Source: an uncultured Dehalococcoidales bacterium
Lineage (GTDB): Bacteria > Chloroflexota > Dehalococcoidia > Dehalococcoidales > UBA5627
Direction of reading: 5' to 3'
Assembly (NCBI GenBank): GCA_964549815.1
Contig: CAZJVO010000001.1
Coordinates: forward strand, 1 to 57,575
DNA length: 57,575 bases
The notes under the pieces were generated by a model. The model saw only the letters and a program-made list of their open reading frames with translations, had not been told where the DNA came from and ran no database searches. The number at the start of each line of letters is the position of its first letter. Within the stretch, counting starts at the first letter, position 1. Of the stretch, positions 1 to 9,200 are shown one piece after another. The position numbers and the translations under genes were made by a program.

Positions 1-898
1 TCCCGCTTTCACCCCAGAGAAGATTACCTTCCGAGTCTATATGCTGGGCATATACGGAATGAGTATTGGACCTGCTGCGGTCATCCCCTACCCTTGTAAC
101 AATTATGACTCCACCTTCACCATCACTAATTGCGCTAAAATATCCTATAGTATTAAAAACAGGATCGGGATAAGCAACTATGCAAAAATAATTTGTGGTA
201 TCGAAAATAGGATTGGGATTAATCAATAAACTGCTAGCCCAAAGTGAGTTTCCATCTTCATCTGTTTTAGATACATACAGAACACCCTCGGAGTAAATAA
301 TATAGATATAGCTGCCATCGTCACCGGCAATAGTTATAACAGCATCAGAATCGCATCTATCTTCAATTTCGGGTAAATCAAAACCGGGAGTACCACCTGT
401 TATATCCCTTCCATCTTCCCCCCACAATAGATTGCCATCCGCATCTATATATTGTTCGTACTCATAATTCCCTGTTCTCCAGTACATATAGACACCGCCG
501 TCACCATCGCTGACCAAAATCGGGGCATCAGGGGGTGGGGCGGATTCTGCCCCTACCGAGAAAGTCATAAAAGAAACCAGTGTCGTAAACGCAACCAGCA
601 GGGACAAAGCCACCCCACCCAGCGCAGGCATCCTGCTCCAGAATCCATTTTTAACAGGAGCAGATTCCATACCGGCACGCTCTTTGATAATTGCCAGTGA
701 ACCTGACGGGGGAAGGGCTTCGCCGGCAGCCGCTTTCAAAGTAGCCCTCAGATTATTTTGTAAGGCGGTAAGCTCTTCCAGTTCTTTTTTACAGGCATCA
801 CAGCCATCGATATGAGCCTTTACGCTCTCACGCATCACCAGTGAAAGCTCGTCTTTTATATACTCATTTAAAAGTTCTTTTACATCTTTACAGTTCAC
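1..898 (-). CDS. Anti-sigma factor (zf-HC2 type N-terminus, one TM, repeat-containing extracytoplasmic domain); 3' end runs off the window
   Basis: Own translation from GTG at 898 gives VNCKDVKELLNEYIKDELSLVMRESVKAHIDGCDACKKELEEL (H-x3-C-x2-C motif). A hydrophobic segment ALGGVALSLLVAFTTLVSF follows. The frame stays open to position 1. It overlaps the stop of the upstream ECF sigma gene. It is absent from the ORF track because there is no stop in the window. Confidence 0.7.
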   Translation of the reverse strand, partial: MNCKDVKELLNEYIKDELSLVMRESVKAHIDGCDACKKELEELTALQNNLRATLKAAAGEALPPSGSLAIIKERAGMESAPVKNGFWSRMPALGGVALSLLVAFTTLVSFMTFSVGAESAPPPDAPILVSDGDGGVYMYWRTGNYEYEQYIDADGNLLWGEDGRDITGGTPGFDLPEIEDRCDSDAVITIAGDDGSYIYIIYSEGVLYVSKTDEDGNSLWASSLLINPNPIFDTTNYFCIVAYPDPVFNTIGYFSAISDGEGGVIIVTRVGDDRSRSNTHSVYAQHIDSEGNLLWGESG

Positions 899-1457
899 AG
901 CTCCCACCCCCTTCGAAATATAGCTGCTTTATCTGCTTGAGCGCATTATTGAGGCGTGATTTAACGGTGCCGATGGGAATACCGGTTGTTGCAGCCATCT
1001 CTTTATATGAAAGGTCATTGAAAAATCTCAATACGACAACCGTCCTGTGAGGTAAATCCAGTTCGTTCAAAGCGGACAGCAGCCTTTCGTATTCTTCCCG
1101 GGTTATGTTTATTTCTTCGGGATTGCTTGCATTTCCTGCCTCGAGACGGGTATTGCTATCCTCTAATCCCTCGATAGATATGGCGGCATTCTTCGAATTC
1201 CTGAACTTTTTATTGCACTGGTTAACGGTAATACGCTGCAACCACGTCGAGAATTGACTTTTTTTCGGATTATATGTCTTACGGTACTTCCACACGGATA
1301 TAAAAACCTCTTGCATAACCTCACCGGCAATCTCTTTATCGCCTGTTAAAAGGAAAGCCGTCCGATAAACCGTTTTATCGAACTTCCTGAATATGTCATC
1401 GAAGGCGCCGGTATCCCCCGAACACATCTGTTGTATCACGCTTTCCAGATTATCCAT
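888..1457 (-). CDS. ECF-type RNA polymerase sigma-70 family factor
   Basis: The ORF track gives 888..1520. Region 2-like FSTWLQRITVNQC and region 4 HTH YKEMAATTGIPIGTVKSRLNNALKQIKQ are present. The ATG at 1457 (MDNLESVIQQ...) gives the typical ~190 aa size. The TTG at 1520 is the alternative start. Confidence 0.85.
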   Translation of the reverse strand: MDNLESVIQQMCSGDTGAFDDIFRKFDKTVYRTAFLLTGDKEIAGEVMQEVFISVWKYRKTYNPKKSQFSTWLQRITVNQCNKKFRNSKNAAISIEGLEDSNTRLEAGNASNPEEINITREEYERLLSALNELDLPHRTVVVLRFFNDLSYKEMAATTGIPIGTVKSRLNNALKQIKQLYFEGGGSCEL

Positions 1458-1533
1458 AAGCCTTACACTAGCACTGCCTTTTAATAATAACCAATTATAG
1501 CTTAATCTATTCGACTGCAACTAATCGGTAGTG

Positions 1534-1983
1534 TTAAGCATTGTCAGTAATCCAAACGTCATTAGCAACCCAGTAAGGGCAATCGCAATTAAAGGGTAAT
1601 AGTCTGCCTAATACTATGCAACAGCTTATCCAGCCGTCTTCTCCTCCTGCCACAGAAATATTATCCCCGACTCTGGCAACGACTTGTCCATCTTCATCGA
1701 GAATTTTGATTTCATCACCTTCCATGTCCAAGGAATATCCATTAGGCCAGATTATCAGATAACTATCATCAGAATATGTTGTTGAAAGGCGCAGATAGCC
1801 GCCTTCAAGTACCAATGTCCCTGTTGCGAGAGATTCCATTCCTGTTTCTCCCCTTGCTACAGGAAAATAAGGGGTATCAGATTCATCACTGTAGCTGCCA
1901 GAAATCATATAAAGCGATACAAGCACAATACCAATAAATGATATTGTACCGATAAAGGCCGCTATTAATTTTTTATTTCTCAT
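1534..1983 (-). CDS. Hypothetical membrane-anchored/secreted protein, first gene of the sigma/anti-sigma operon
   Basis: N-terminal signal-anchor MRNKKLIAAFIGTISFIGIVLVSLYMI. Same strand as, and immediately upstream of, the sigma gene. No recognisable family. Confidence 0.55.
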   Translation of the reverse strand: MRNKKLIAAFIGTISFIGIVLVSLYMISGSYSDESDTPYFPVARGETGMESLATGTLVLEGGYLRLSTTYSDDSYLIIWPNGYSLDMEGDEIKILDEDGQVVARVGDNISVAGGEDGWISCCIVLGRLLPFNCDCPYWVANDVWITDNA

Positions 1984-2172
1984 ATACTCCCCCCTAATAA
2001 TATATAGTCATCGATGTATAAAAATGTTCATTAAGCATGATAAACTTCAAAAAATTCCTGGGCTACTCTTCGTCATCTCTATTGCTATAGGCTGGTTAAA
2101 GGGGTAAGATATAACTTGTTCCATCTTCAGGAAAGAAAGGTCTTCCATTAAATCATTCTAGAAGGAAATAGC

Positions 2173-2469
2173 ATGTTTGGAGAATTGGTTCACATCGGTT
2201 TCGGTAACATACTGGCCATGAACAGGGTGATTGCCATCGCCTCGCCCAACTCCGCTCCTATAAAGCGCATCGTTCAGGAAGCCAGGAGCAAAGGGCAGCT
2301 TATAGATATGACAAGCGGCAGGCGTACCAAGGCCGTTATCTTCACTGACAGCGGGCATATTGTGCTGGCAGCCCTGGCCCCCGAGACCATCACTGGCAGG
2401 CTTCAGGTACTGCGTGGGGGAACAGTTATCAAACCGGAGCTGAGCGATGACAAAATTAAGCTCCAGTAA
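2173..2469 (+). CDS. remA: RemA/DUF370 family regulator
   Basis: Contains [59 protein letters not shown], which matches the strongly conserved RemA core. It sits in the canonical remA-gmk arrangement. Confidence 0.85.
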   Translation: MFGELVHIGFGNILAMNRVIAIASPNSAPIKRIVQEARSKGQLIDMTSGRRTKAVIFTDSGHIVLAALAPETITGRLQVLRGGTVIKPELSDDKIKLQ

Positions 2470-3082
2470 CGAGATTTTGTTTAACCGGGTAAAGAAACCC
2501 CTGCTGCTGATTCTCTCCGGGCCTTCAGGAGCCGGTAAAGATGCCGTTCTAAAAAAGTTGAAAATGGTGCATTCCCCGCTGGCACATATTATAACGATGA
2601 CCACGCGGCCAAAGCGGCCAAAGGAAAAAGATGGCATCGATTACAATTTCGTTACCCGAGAGCAGTTCCAGCAATTGATAGCCAGGGATGAGCTGCTGGA
2701 GTGGGCGAATGTTTACGGAAATTTCTATGGGGTTCCTAAACAGGCGGTCAGAGAGGCTCTCAGCGCAGGGAAAGACACCATCATCAAGATAGACGTACAG
2801 GGCGCTGCCACTATCAAGCGGATCGTGCCGCAGGCTGTCTTTATATTTCTGGCGCCGCTTACATTGCAGGAACTGATAGACAGGTTGACCATTCGAAACA
2901 CGGAATCCGAAGAAAATCTGAAATTGCGGATTGCCACTGTTAAAGAAGAGATGAAGAAAATCGATATGTTCGACTACCTGGCAATCAACGAACACGGGAA
3001 GATGGACCGTGTTGTGGATGAGATTCGGGCTATAATTACCGCCGAGAAAATGCGAGTTATTCAGCGGGAATACAATTTATAA
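2447..3082 (+). CDS. gmk: Guanylate kinase
   Basis: P-loop [32 protein letters not shown], and size 211 aa. It overlaps the remA 3' end. Confidence 0.9.
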   Translation: MTKLSSSNEILFNRVKKPLLLILSGPSGAGKDAVLKKLKMVHSPLAHIITMTTRPKRPKEKDGIDYNFVTREQFQQLIARDELLEWANVYGNFYGVPKQAVREALSAGKDTIIKIDVQGAATIKRIVPQAVFIFLAPLTLQELIDRLTIRNTESEENLKLRIATVKEEMKKIDMFDYLAINEHGKMDRVVDEIRAIITAEKMRVIQREYNL

Positions 3083-3340
3083 AAGAAATCCGAATAACCG
3101 GGGTGCTGGTAGAAGCCAGATAGCTATATAAAGGGAAGGCCATGTTGCTGCAATCGTCATAGTCTGTTAATACCCTTACCAATGATGAGAGGCATCTCCA
3201 TAAATGAAACAGGCATATCATCCTGCGCTGCGGATTTGATGACGGAAGATAGACATAGTCCCACACTCGCAGCCTCTTGGAGACCTTTGCAGGGCAAAAT
3301 CAGTATCCATGATAACGACCAGCAGGAGAAAAAGGAGAGG

Positions 3341-3970
3341 TCAGGCCTGCTTCAAAGCCACGCCTTCAAGGACATTGGCGACATCTTCGCATCTATCGGT
3401 AGCACTTTCCATGTGTTCATAAATCTCACGCCACTTGATGATATACTTGGTATCCTTGCTGTCATCGAACAACTCCCCTAAAGCTGCACGATAAACGGCA
3501 TCAGCCTTATTCTCAAGGCGGTTAATTTCGACACAATGCTCCATCACTTGCTTCAGGTTAGAACGGTCTTTGAGACACTGCACCGCTTTTTCTACCTCTG
3601 CAGCAGCTTGAACAATAATTTCAGCCAGTTCGTTAGCTCTCTGCGTACTACTGTCAACTTTATATATATGGATGGATTCCGCGGTAGCATGGATAAAGTC
3701 GGTAACATCATCCATAACATGAGACAGCTGGGCAATATCTTCACGGTCCAAAGGGGTGACAAAAGTGCGATATAACATCGCTGCCACCTGGTGAGTCAGG
3801 AAGTCTCCTTCGTGCTCCAACTCGGTAATATAAGCCACCTTGATATCTATATTTCCCCAATTTTTTAATAAATCCTCTAAAGCCAGGGCGGCTTTTAACA
3901 TATTGGCAGCACTCTGAATAAAAAGCTCAAAAAACTTACTTTCGCGAGGAAGAAATGAAATTTTCCCCAA
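3341..3970 (-). CDS. DUF47 (PhoU-like, TIGR00153-type) family protein
   Basis: Helical repeat protein: LEHEGDFLTHQV...LDREDI...ENKADAVYRAAL...KWREIYEHMESATDRCEDVANVLEGV. No adjacent Pit transporter. Confidence 0.8.
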   Translation of the reverse strand: MGKISFLPRESKFFELFIQSAANMLKAALALEDLLKNWGNIDIKVAYITELEHEGDFLTHQVAAMLYRTFVTPLDREDIAQLSHVMDDVTDFIHATAESIHIYKVDSSTQRANELAEIIVQAAAEVEKAVQCLKDRSNLKQVMEHCVEINRLENKADAVYRAALGELFDDSKDTKYIIKWREIYEHMESATDRCEDVANVLEGVALKQA

Positions 3971-4111
3971 ATATTGTCCTCTTTCCCCAATATATTCGCA
4001 TATGTTTAATTTCTTATGGTATGTCTTATGGATTAAACCGAATATACTGGATTTTTAAATTAATCATCGATATTTCTTCAGTATAGAGTTTATATAAATA
4101 TGATTCTGATG

Positions 4112-4432
4112 TCAATAAAGATTTCGCAGTTTATAGTACAAATTAATATTACATCTGGCAACATTGAGATATGGTAAACCCGCTGATTGAGGAGTTCGAT
4201 TCTCACATTTTAGCGGGTGAAAAAGCAGGGGGACATCCACAATTCTGCTCTGAGCAGCAAATATTACAATAATAAGAATTAGAGAGGCTCCTCCGGCTAT
4301 TGACAGCCAGAGGGCAAGAGCATAGAATGCAACAATTGAAATAAGCGCTATGCGAATATAATAATACTCTGGGGTCGAGAGGAGAGTAAATTGTATATCA
4401 TAATAGCTGGTGGTGGAATTATCGGCTCGCAT
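4112..4432 (-). CDS. Possible small two-TM membrane protein (weak call)
   Basis: Hydrophobic hairpin IRIALISIVAFYALALWLSIAGGASLILIIVIFAAQ. The 5' end overlaps the trkA start. No family recognised and it may be spurious. Confidence 0.2.
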   Translation of the reverse strand: MRADNSTTSYYDIQFTLLSTPEYYYIRIALISIVAFYALALWLSIAGGASLILIIVIFAAQSRIVDVPLLFHPLKCENRTPQSAGLPYLNVARCNINLYYKLRNLY

Positions 4433-5755
4433 ATTGCCTCACTGCTGGTTCAAGAGGGGTATGAAGTTACCGTGGTTGAGCAATCCGAAACAGCATTAAA
4501 AAACCTGCAGAGCCAGCTGGATATCAAGACAATTATGGGCAACGCTGCCACTCCCAAAACTCTTAGAGAGGCCGAGATAGAACGTGCCGACCTGGTTCTG
4601 GCGGTAACCAATAGCGATGAAATCAATATGATAACCTGCTTTATGGCAAAAGAAATGGGCGCTGCAACCACTGCTGCCCGGATACGTAATATCGAATATT
4701 CAGGCTACTTTATTGCTCCTGCGAAATCCCCCACCTCCCCCCGCAAGATAGTCAGACCCAAAAACCTCGGCATCGATGTTATCATTAACCCGGAAGCAGA
4801 AGCCTCCAGAGAAATAATGGAAATCCTGTCGGGATTCTATTCGACACCTGTTGAAAATTTTGCTGGCGGGATTGTCCAGATAAGAGAATTCAAAATAGAG
4901 GGGGCCCCGCTGGCAGGGACAAGGCTCGGCGGATTGTCACTACCGGAACATAGCATGATAATCGCTGTCGTACATCAGGGTGAGATTATTCCCCCCAACA
5001 ATAACTTTATACTGGATGAAGGAGACAGTCTGCATATAGCGGTTTCTGCCGAAAATATGGAAGAACTTGGCAAGTTGTTCATACAAACCAAACGCCCGAC
5101 GAAAAGGGTGGTAATCTTCGGCGGCAGCCATGTTGGTATTTTAACTGCTTCCGGACTGCAAAAACGTGGGGTCAAGGTTAAAATAATAGAGGAAAGTGCA
5201 GCCAGGTGTCAGGAACTTGCCACGCAACTTGAAAATGTGGATATACTTCATGGCGAAGGGACCGACCGTGCCTTTATGGTAGAGCAGGGGGTAGCCTCGG
5301 CAGATGCCTTCGTAGCTACCTCCGATAATGATGAACTTAATATTCTGTCTACGTTGTTGGCAAAAACGCTGGGGGTTCGCCGTGTAATGGTGGTAATCAA
5401 TAAACCCGGCTATACGCCGTTGGCTGAAGCTATAGGAATAGATGTAGCTGCCGTGCCCACGATACTGGCTGCCAACAAAATCATCCGCTTTGTGCTGCGG
5501 GGTGGAGTGATTTCTGCTGCACTTATAGAGGGGCAGCAACTGGAGGCGATTGAATTCGTTACCAGCGCTCAGTCTCCGGTAGTCAATAAGACTATTGCCG
5601 AAGCCGGCTTCCCTAAGGAATCGACAGTGGCGGCGATAGTCCGTAACGAGATGGCTTTCATTCCCCCGGGTGACAACCCCATACAACCGGGAGACCATGT
5701 AGTTATAGTAACCCCGGTAGAAGCAGTACACGCAATTGAAAAACTCTTTAAGTAA
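4391..5755 (+). CDS. trkA: Trk potassium uptake system NAD-binding subunit TrkA (double RCK)
   Basis: Two Rossmann motifs (IIIAGGGIIGSHIA and VVIFGGSHVGILTA), each followed by a TrkA_C-like segment. Adjacent to trkH. Confidence 0.9.
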   Translation: MYIIIAGGGIIGSHIASLLVQEGYEVTVVEQSETALKNLQSQLDIKTIMGNAATPKTLREAEIERADLVLAVTNSDEINMITCFMAKEMGAATTAARIRNIEYSGYFIAPAKSPTSPRKIVRPKNLGIDVIINPEAEASREIMEILSGFYSTPVENFAGGIVQIREFKIEGAPLAGTRLGGLSLPEHSMIIAVVHQGEIIPPNNNFILDEGDSLHIAVSAENMEELGKLFIQTKRPTKRVVIFGGSHVGILTASGLQKRGVKVKIIEESAARCQELATQLENVDILHGEGTDRAFMVEQGVASADAFVATSDNDELNILSTLLAKTLGVRRVMVVINKPGYTPLAEAIGIDVAAVPTILAANKIIRFVLRGGVISAALIEGQQLEAIEFVTSAQSPVVNKTIAEAGFPKESTVAAIVRNEMAFIPPGDNPIQPGDHVVIVTPVEAVHAIEKLFK

Positions 5756-5763
5756 GCAATCAA

Positions 5764-7221
5764 ATGAGAATTAATGCCGTCCTTCATTACCTTGGATTGA
5801 TAATCACTATTATAGGGCTGACCATGCTGCTGCCCCTGTTGTGGAGCTTATGCCATGGTGAGTCTGCAGCAGCATCTGCTTTTATAATATCTATGGCGAT
5901 CAGTATAGCCACTGGCCTGGTACTCTGGAGATTCATCCCACTAAAGGAGCGAAATCTCAGCCGCAGGGAAGCCGTATCGCTGGTTGCCTTCGGATGGATA
6001 TGCATTTCTTTATTCGGTGCCCTGCCGTATACTATAAGCGGAGCGTTACCCAATTATCTGGATGCTTTTTTCGAATCGGCATCAGGGTTCACCACAACTG
6101 GAGCTACCGTTTTTACCAACATAGATGCTCAATATCAGGGCATCTTGATGTGGCGCTCGTTGACACAGTGGCTGGGCGGTATGGGTATCGTTATGCTTTT
6201 TGTAGCCCTGTTTCCGCTTTTGGGCATTGGTGCCTCGCGACTGGCAGAAGCCGAATGGACGGGAGGGCAGCAGGGAGAGCGCCTTACTTCTCGCATGCGA
6301 GATACTGCCAAAGCCCTGTGGCTTATTTATCTGGGAATGTCTGCTCTGGAGATGATACTCCTGCTGATTGCGGGGCTTCCCATTTTCGATGCACTGGTGG
6401 TAACCCTGAGCACCATCCCCACCGGAGGGTTTGCCGCATATAACCTGAGCATTACCGCATATAACAGCCTGGTTGTCGAAGGGATTGTGCTCTTCTTTAT
6501 GGTCGCCTCAGGCGTCAACTTCGGATTGTATTATTACCTCTTGTGGAAACGACAGCCCGGGAAGCTCTTCAAAAATTCGGAATTTCGATTCTATCTGTTG
6601 TTGCTCTTCGGAGCCGCTGTTTTGATAAATGCAGACCTGGTCATAAACATGGGGATGTCTGTTGGCGACGCCATCAGGTATGGAACATTCCAGACCGCAT
6701 CCGTAATGACCACCACCGGCTTTTGTACAGCAGACTTCAATACCTGGCCGCCCCTTTCGAAGGCGATTCTGCTCTTCCTGATGGTAACCGGGGCTTCAGC
6801 AGGTTCAACGAGCGGCGCATTGAAAGTTATCCGCATACTTGTTCTGGCTAAATATGCCTACAGACAAATCAAGCTGGTTTTCAATCCCCGGGCAGTTATC
6901 CCTTTGAAAATAGGCGGGAACGTAGTTTCGGAGAGTGTAGCTACCAAAACAGTAAGCATGGCTATTATCTATTTTTCCGTTGCGGTAACCGCCTTCCTGA
7001 TAATGAGCGGGCTGGGGCTGGATACTGTCACAGCGTTATCTGCGGTTGTCTCTGCTATTGGCAACGTCGGCCCCGGATTAGGTGCGGTCGGCCCACTGGA
7101 AAACTTCGCCTCCGTTCCTGCACTTGGGAAGGGTGTGTTGATTTTTTGCATGATAGCTGGTCGTCTGGAGTTTTTTACAATGTTAATGTTGTTTATCCCT
7201 GCTTTCTGGAAATGGAAGTAG
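5764..7221 (+). CDS. trkH: TrkH family potassium transporter
   Basis: 485 aa polytopic protein with repeated selectivity-filter-like motifs SGFTTTGAT, TGGF and MTTTGF. Confidence 0.9.
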   Translation: MRINAVLHYLGLIITIIGLTMLLPLLWSLCHGESAAASAFIISMAISIATGLVLWRFIPLKERNLSRREAVSLVAFGWICISLFGALPYTISGALPNYLDAFFESASGFTTTGATVFTNIDAQYQGILMWRSLTQWLGGMGIVMLFVALFPLLGIGASRLAEAEWTGGQQGERLTSRMRDTAKALWLIYLGMSALEMILLLIAGLPIFDALVVTLSTIPTGGFAAYNLSITAYNSLVVEGIVLFFMVASGVNFGLYYYLLWKRQPGKLFKNSEFRFYLLLLFGAAVLINADLVINMGMSVGDAIRYGTFQTASVMTTTGFCTADFNTWPPLSKAILLFLMVTGASAGSTSGALKVIRILVLAKYAYRQIKLVFNPRAVIPLKIGGNVVSESVATKTVSMAIIYFSVAVTAFLIMSGLGLDTVTALSAVVSAIGNVGPGLGAVGPLENFASVPALGKGVLIFCMIAGRLEFFTMLMLFIPAFWKWK

Positions 7222-7687
7222 TTAGTCCTCCCGTCTGGAATCATTTTTAATTCTGCCTTCAATCCCATTCTGATGAGAGGGTTAAGAGCTTCCCCTCAGG
7301 CACCAGCCCGCGCAGGGTTATCTTCCAATTGCCTGGTGATATTCGTACGGCAACACCCCCAGGCCGTTCGGATGTCGTATAGACTTCACCGTGCCCAGTC
7401 CATATCGAATTGAAATCTCATTCATAGCTGGCAACCGAATTTCTCTCTATTTTTATCTGGGAAGGCATACAGGATTAAGAGAGTCTCGTAGAATGTCCGC
7501 GCCAATACCTGTAATGCCTCTCTGTCACTGGTCTTACTGAGCCTGATAATTCTACAGTCGTTGCTCATAAAGAGATATTAAGATAGGGTTGTTATTAAAA
7601 TTAAGTAGCAATGAGGAATAATCGAAGAGGGAGATTGGTGCAATAGAATTATCGGAGATAAAATAGAGCGGAAAGGGCGGTGGAGTC

Positions 7688-8842
7688 CTATTGCAGCATC
7701 CCCAGGAAGATACCGGCAGCAACGGCAGTTCCGATGACTCCGGCTATATTGGGGCCCATCGCCTGCATTAAAAGGAAGTTCTTGGGATTGGCTTCTTGTC
7801 CCATCTTCTGCACTACGCGGGCAGACATGGGAACAGCCGAAACACCAGCAGCCCCTATCATGGGATTTATTTTTTCTTTTACGAAGAGGTTCATCAGTTT
7901 GGCTAAAAACACTCCGCCGGCAGTAGCTGTGGCAAAAGCAACGATTCCCAGGCAGAAAACGAGTAGACTTTCCACACGGAGGAAGTTCTCGGCGCTCATA
8001 AATGCCCCTACACACAGACCGAGACATATCGTTAGAATATTCATCATGGCGTTGGCGGCAGTATCTGCCAGCCTATCGGTCACTCCGCTTTCACGCAGGA
8101 GATTTCCCAGCATGAACATGCCGATAAGCGGCGCCGAATCGGGCACCAGTAGAATAATAATAATGGAGGCAATTACAGGGAAGATTATTTTCTCTTTTTT
8201 GGATACATCTCTTAACTGGGGCTTCATATAAATGGCGCGCTCCTTTTTGGTGGTACAGAGCTTAATAACAGGGGGTTGTATCATTGGCACCAGCGCCATA
8301 TAGGTATATGCAGCTACAGCTGTAGACCCGATAAAAGGCGGAGCAAGCCTGTTGGTTAAATATATAGTGGTAGGACCGTCGGCCCCTCCGATGATACCGA
8401 TGCAGGCGGCTTCATAGATACTGAAACCGCATAGCAGAGCTATAAAGAAAGCAAAATAGACGCCAAATTGTGCTCCTGCGCCCAGGAGGAGTGTTTTGGG
8501 GTTGGCGATGATAGGCCCGAAGTCGGTCATGGCTCCCAGCCCTAAGAATATAAAAATGGGAATAAACTCCGATTCAAGACCGGCAGAGAATAACTTTGCA
8601 AAAAAGCCTACCGGTTCACCTCCGGTTATGTAGTAATGGTAAAGCTGCCCATCGACGATGGTATCCATTAAACCGGCCATAGGCATATTTGAAATAATTA
8701 CACCAAATCCGATGGGTACCAGAAGCAAAGGCTCCATTTTTCTGACAATGCCGAGATACAGAAGGACGGCACCGACAACAATCATGATTACGGCACCCCA
8801 GGTTATCCCAGCAAAGCCGGTTTCCAATACGTCAAAAAGCAT
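7688..8842 (-). CDS. Sodium ion-translocating decarboxylase beta subunit (OadB/GcdB/MmdB family)
   Basis: 384 aa polytopic protein. LLYLGIVRKMEPLLLVPIGFG, GLGAMTDFGP and GAAGVSAVPMSARV are typical of the family. Confidence 0.9.
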   Translation of the reverse strand: MLFDVLETGFAGITWGAVIMIVVGAVLLYLGIVRKMEPLLLVPIGFGVIISNMPMAGLMDTIVDGQLYHYYITGGEPVGFFAKLFSAGLESEFIPIFIFLGLGAMTDFGPIIANPKTLLLGAGAQFGVYFAFFIALLCGFSIYEAACIGIIGGADGPTTIYLTNRLAPPFIGSTAVAAYTYMALVPMIQPPVIKLCTTKKERAIYMKPQLRDVSKKEKIIFPVIASIIIILLVPDSAPLIGMFMLGNLLRESGVTDRLADTAANAMMNILTICLGLCVGAFMSAENFLRVESLLVFCLGIVAFATATAGGVFLAKLMNLFVKEKINPMIGAAGVSAVPMSARVVQKMGQEANPKNFLLMQAMGPNIAGVIGTAVAAGIFLGMLQ

Positions 8843-8852
8843 TTACTTTATT

Positions 8853-9095
8853 CTACTCATAACGGTCGGAATCATCGATTGTCAATTCGAATTTGTCTTC
8901 CGGCACGCTCTCTGGTTTATTTTTATTATCATCGGTTTTAATCAATTTTTTAGCCCTGATTGGGAATTTTACATCGCCGGTTTTATTAAAAATCCAGCCG
9001 ATCATCCACATACAAACGGCAAGAATTGTCAGTACGAAAAAGACAAGCGCAAAGCCCACCACCCCAACGGTAAATGCCTGTTCCCAATCAACCAT
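8853..9095 (-). CDS. OadG-like small gamma subunit of the Na+ decarboxylase
   Basis: 80 aa with a single N-terminal TM (FTVGVVGFALVFFVLTILAVCMWMIGWIF) and a charged tail. Located directly upstream of the beta subunit. Confidence 0.6.
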   Translation of the reverse strand: MVDWEQAFTVGVVGFALVFFVLTILAVCMWMIGWIFNKTGDVKFPIRAKKLIKTDDNKNKPESVPEDKFELTIDDSDRYE

Positions 9096-9200
9096 GATTT
9101 GCCTGTTTCCTTTTCATATACTTATATACGAAGAAGGGGCGGTTAAGCATTTATTCTGCCACACCGCCCCTCATACTATTTGCTATATAAACATTGCCAA

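Noticed and set aside
3083-3340. Expected rpoZ after remA-gmk, or a Pit transporter next to the DUF47 gene
   Set aside because: No ORF with a plausible start or SD, or of adequate length, exists in this 258-nt spacer on either strand. ORFs 3057..3266 and 3182..3481 overlap real genes or have implausible composition.
5141-5731. 196-aa minus-strand ORF within trkA, and the 149-183-aa ORFs antisense to trkH and the decarboxylase beta subunit (5994..6443, 7578..8027, 7680..8231)
   Set aside because: They overlap well-supported transporter genes and have skewed Arg/Cys/His-rich translations typical of non-coding frames.
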